The translations under genes and the position numbers were made by a program. Positions 62,352 through 64,000 of a stretch of DNA of 64,000 nt are shown in pieces (the first letter of the stretch is position 1; each line of letters begins with the position of its first letter). Origin of the DNA: Spirochaetota bacterium (GTDB taxonomy: Bacteria; Spirochaetota; UBA12135; COTS27; CBDBHE01). Under the pieces are notes generated by a model. That model saw nothing but the letters and a program-made list of their open reading frames with translations, had not been told where the DNA came from and made no database searches. The DNA lies in contig CBDBHE010000007.1 of assembly GCA_965205605.1 (NCBI GenBank), forward strand, positions 576,229 to 640,228, read 5' to 3'.

Positions 62352-64000
62352 TAATTTTTTGGGTAAGATTTTTAGTGACAATGTTATATTGGTTGGGATT
62401 TGTTAAGGGTGCTTTTACGCTAATATAAAATTTAATCTTTGGTTCGGTTCCTGATGGACGGACACTAACGATTGATTCGTCTTCTAATATAAATTGCATC
62501 ACATTTGATTTTGGTAAATCAATAGGTGTTTTTTTTTTTGTTATCAAGTGATAACTTTCTTTTTTTAAATAATCTTTAATGATCACAACGGGAATCTCAT
62601 TAAAGGTTTTAATTGGATTTTCTCGAATTGATTTCATTTTTTCTTGAATCAAATGAAGTCCATCGATTCCTTTTAAAGTAATAGGGATGAGGGTTTCTAA
62701 GTAATAATCATATTTTTGGTAGATTTCTAAAAGCAAGCCAAAAAGGGTTTTGTTATTTTCTTTTGCCCAACAAACGATTTCACTAATGACACAACAAGCT
62801 CCCACAGCATCTTTATCTCTTACAAAATCATCGATCAAATATCCGTGGCTTTCTTCAGCTCCCATAATAAATTGGTGAGTATTTTCTCTTTTTTTAATCA
62901 TATCTGCAATGTATTTAAACCCTGTTAAAACACGGACGATTTCGACATTAAAGCTTTTAGCGATTTGTTGTATTAAATTAGTGGTCACAATTGTATTAAC
63001 AAGATATTGTTTTCCATTTAAATCGTTTTTTTCTTTAAAAATAGAAAGTAAGTAATAAGTCATAATACAAGCAATTTGATTTCCATTTAATAACTTGTAA
63101 TTTTGATTTAAATCTTTTGTCACAACACCCATGCGGTCGGTATCAGGATCAGTTGCTAAAATAAGGTCAGGGTTTTCAGATTTTGCTTGTTTGATGGCCT
63201 CTTCTAAAGCGAAGATTTCTTCAGGATTAAGGGATTTTGCATTTGGAAAGTTTCCATCACTTGCTTCTTGACTTTTCACAATTGAAATATTTTCAAATCC
63301 AATTTTTTTTAGACAAACAGGCACGATTTTAATGCCTGTGCCATGAAGGGGGGTATAGAGAATTTTTAAATCTTTGTGTTTTTTAATGAGGTCAGGTAAT
63401 AAAGGAAGACTAGCAATTTTTTCAAAATAGATCGCATCTTCTTTTTCCCCGATAGTTTCAATGAGTTGTGCTTGAGGGTTTTTTTTGACTTTAGAAAAAT
63501 GATTGACCGCTTTAATTGCTTGAATCATTTTTTGATCATGGGGAGAAATAATTTGAGCACCGTCTTCCCAGTAAATTTTATAACCATTATATTCTTTGGG
63601 ATTGTGACTAGCGGTGATGACAACCCCTGCTTTACATTTAAAATGTCGGACTATAAAAGAAAGCTCAGGGGTGGGTCTTGGAGAAGAAAATAAATAAACT
63701 TTAATCCCGTTTGCTGATAAAACTTCAGCTGTTTTTTTAGAAAAAAGAAGACTATTGTTTCGGCTATCATAAGCGATGGCTATTTTTATCATTGGTAAAT
63801 CACCAAATGTTTTGATCAAATAATTTGCTAGCCCCTGAGTTGTCATTGCAATGGTGTAGACGTTCATTCGATTGGAGCCTACTCCCATAATGCCTCTTAG
63901 CCCTCCTGTACCAAATTCCAGATCTTTATGAAAGGCTTCGGTGAGGGGTTTTCCATTTTCTTCTATGAGTCTTTTTACTTCTTTTTTTGTGGCTTGATCA
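62314..64000 (-). CDS. Alpha-D-phosphohexomutase (phosphoglucomutase/phosphomannomutase); N-terminus lies beyond the right window edge
   Basis: VITASHNPKEYNGYKIY (active-site Ser), ATDPDTDR, GAEESHGY and RPSGTEPKIK. The frame stays open upstream of the listed Met to base 64000 (...LEFGTGGLRGIMGVGSNRMN). Confidence 0.92.
   Translation of the reverse strand, partial: DQATKKEVKRLIEENGKPLTEAFHKDLEFGTGGLRGIMGVGSNRMNVYTIAMTTQGLANYLIKTFGDLPMIKIAIAYDSRNNSLLFSKKTAEVLSANGIKVYLFSSPRPTPELSFIVRHFKCKAGVVITASHNPKEYNGYKIYWEDGAQIISPHDQKMIQAIKAVNHFSKVKKNPQAQLIETIGEKEDAIYFEKIASLPLLPDLIKKHKDLKILYTPLHGTGIKIVPVCLKKIGFENISIVKSQEASDGNFPNAKSLNPEEIFALEEAIKQAKSENPDLILATDPDTDRMGVVTKDLNQNYKLLNGNQIACIMTYYLLSIFKEKNDLNGKQYLVNTIVTTNLIQQIAKSFNVEIVRVLTGFKYIADMIKKRENTHQFIMGAEESHGYLIDDFVRDKDAVGACCVISEIVCWAKENNKTLFGLLLEIYQKYDYYLETLIPITLKGIDGLHLIQEKMKSIRENPIKTFNEIPVVIIKDYLKKESYHLITKKKTPIDLPKSNVMQFILEDESIVSVRPSGTEPKIKFYISVKAPLTNPNQYNIVTKNLTQKINAITKDLPIPKN

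Overview
This is a very AT-rich, tightly packed chromosomal segment with about 60 CDS. Hand counts of single 60-nt lines give roughly 20-25% G+C in most genes. The host is a diderm bacterium, shown by lptC-lptA-lptB-rpoN and a beta-barrel OMP, but I cannot identify the organism from sequence alone. Most of the window is core housekeeping and biosynthesis: icd, tal, pabABC, rlmB, cysS, hom, groESL, ilvBN, DAHP synthase, iorAB, rsmE, yggS, nadC, a cmk-rpsA fusion, tsaC, proB, mtaB, ispA, hisD, ychF, rpsU, a truncated dcw block (rsmH-ftsL-murE-murF-mraY), ispH, clpC, folA-thyA-pdxH-bioB, pheA, rpsT, HU and a phosphohexomutase. I recognised no rRNA, tRNA, CRISPR array, transposase, integrase or classical defence system. 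The unusual content is as follows. (1) At the left edge is a VTC-domain / DUF4956 / CotH-kinase trio of unknown function. Two of its genes are frameshifted, and the CotH gene is missing from the ORF track because it runs off the edge. This is my best candidate for an uncharacterised system. (2) An orphan beta-barrel OMP cassette sits between two hairpin terminators, with an (ATAAA)6 microsatellite and a palindrome in its promoter. (3) A two-gene island of clearly higher G+C, about 37-48% in sampled lines, encodes a Na+/solute symporter and a signal-peptide-bearing 1171-aa GH2 beta-galactosidase. (4) An unannotated 45-aa hyper-acidic ORF lies in a convergent intergenic gap. (5) An XPB/Ssl2-type helicase is present. 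(6) Homopolymer tracts of 12-18 nt are pervasive, including T18 inside hisD and T18 in a divergent promoter region. All functional calls rest on motif recognition by eye. None has been checked by a database search.
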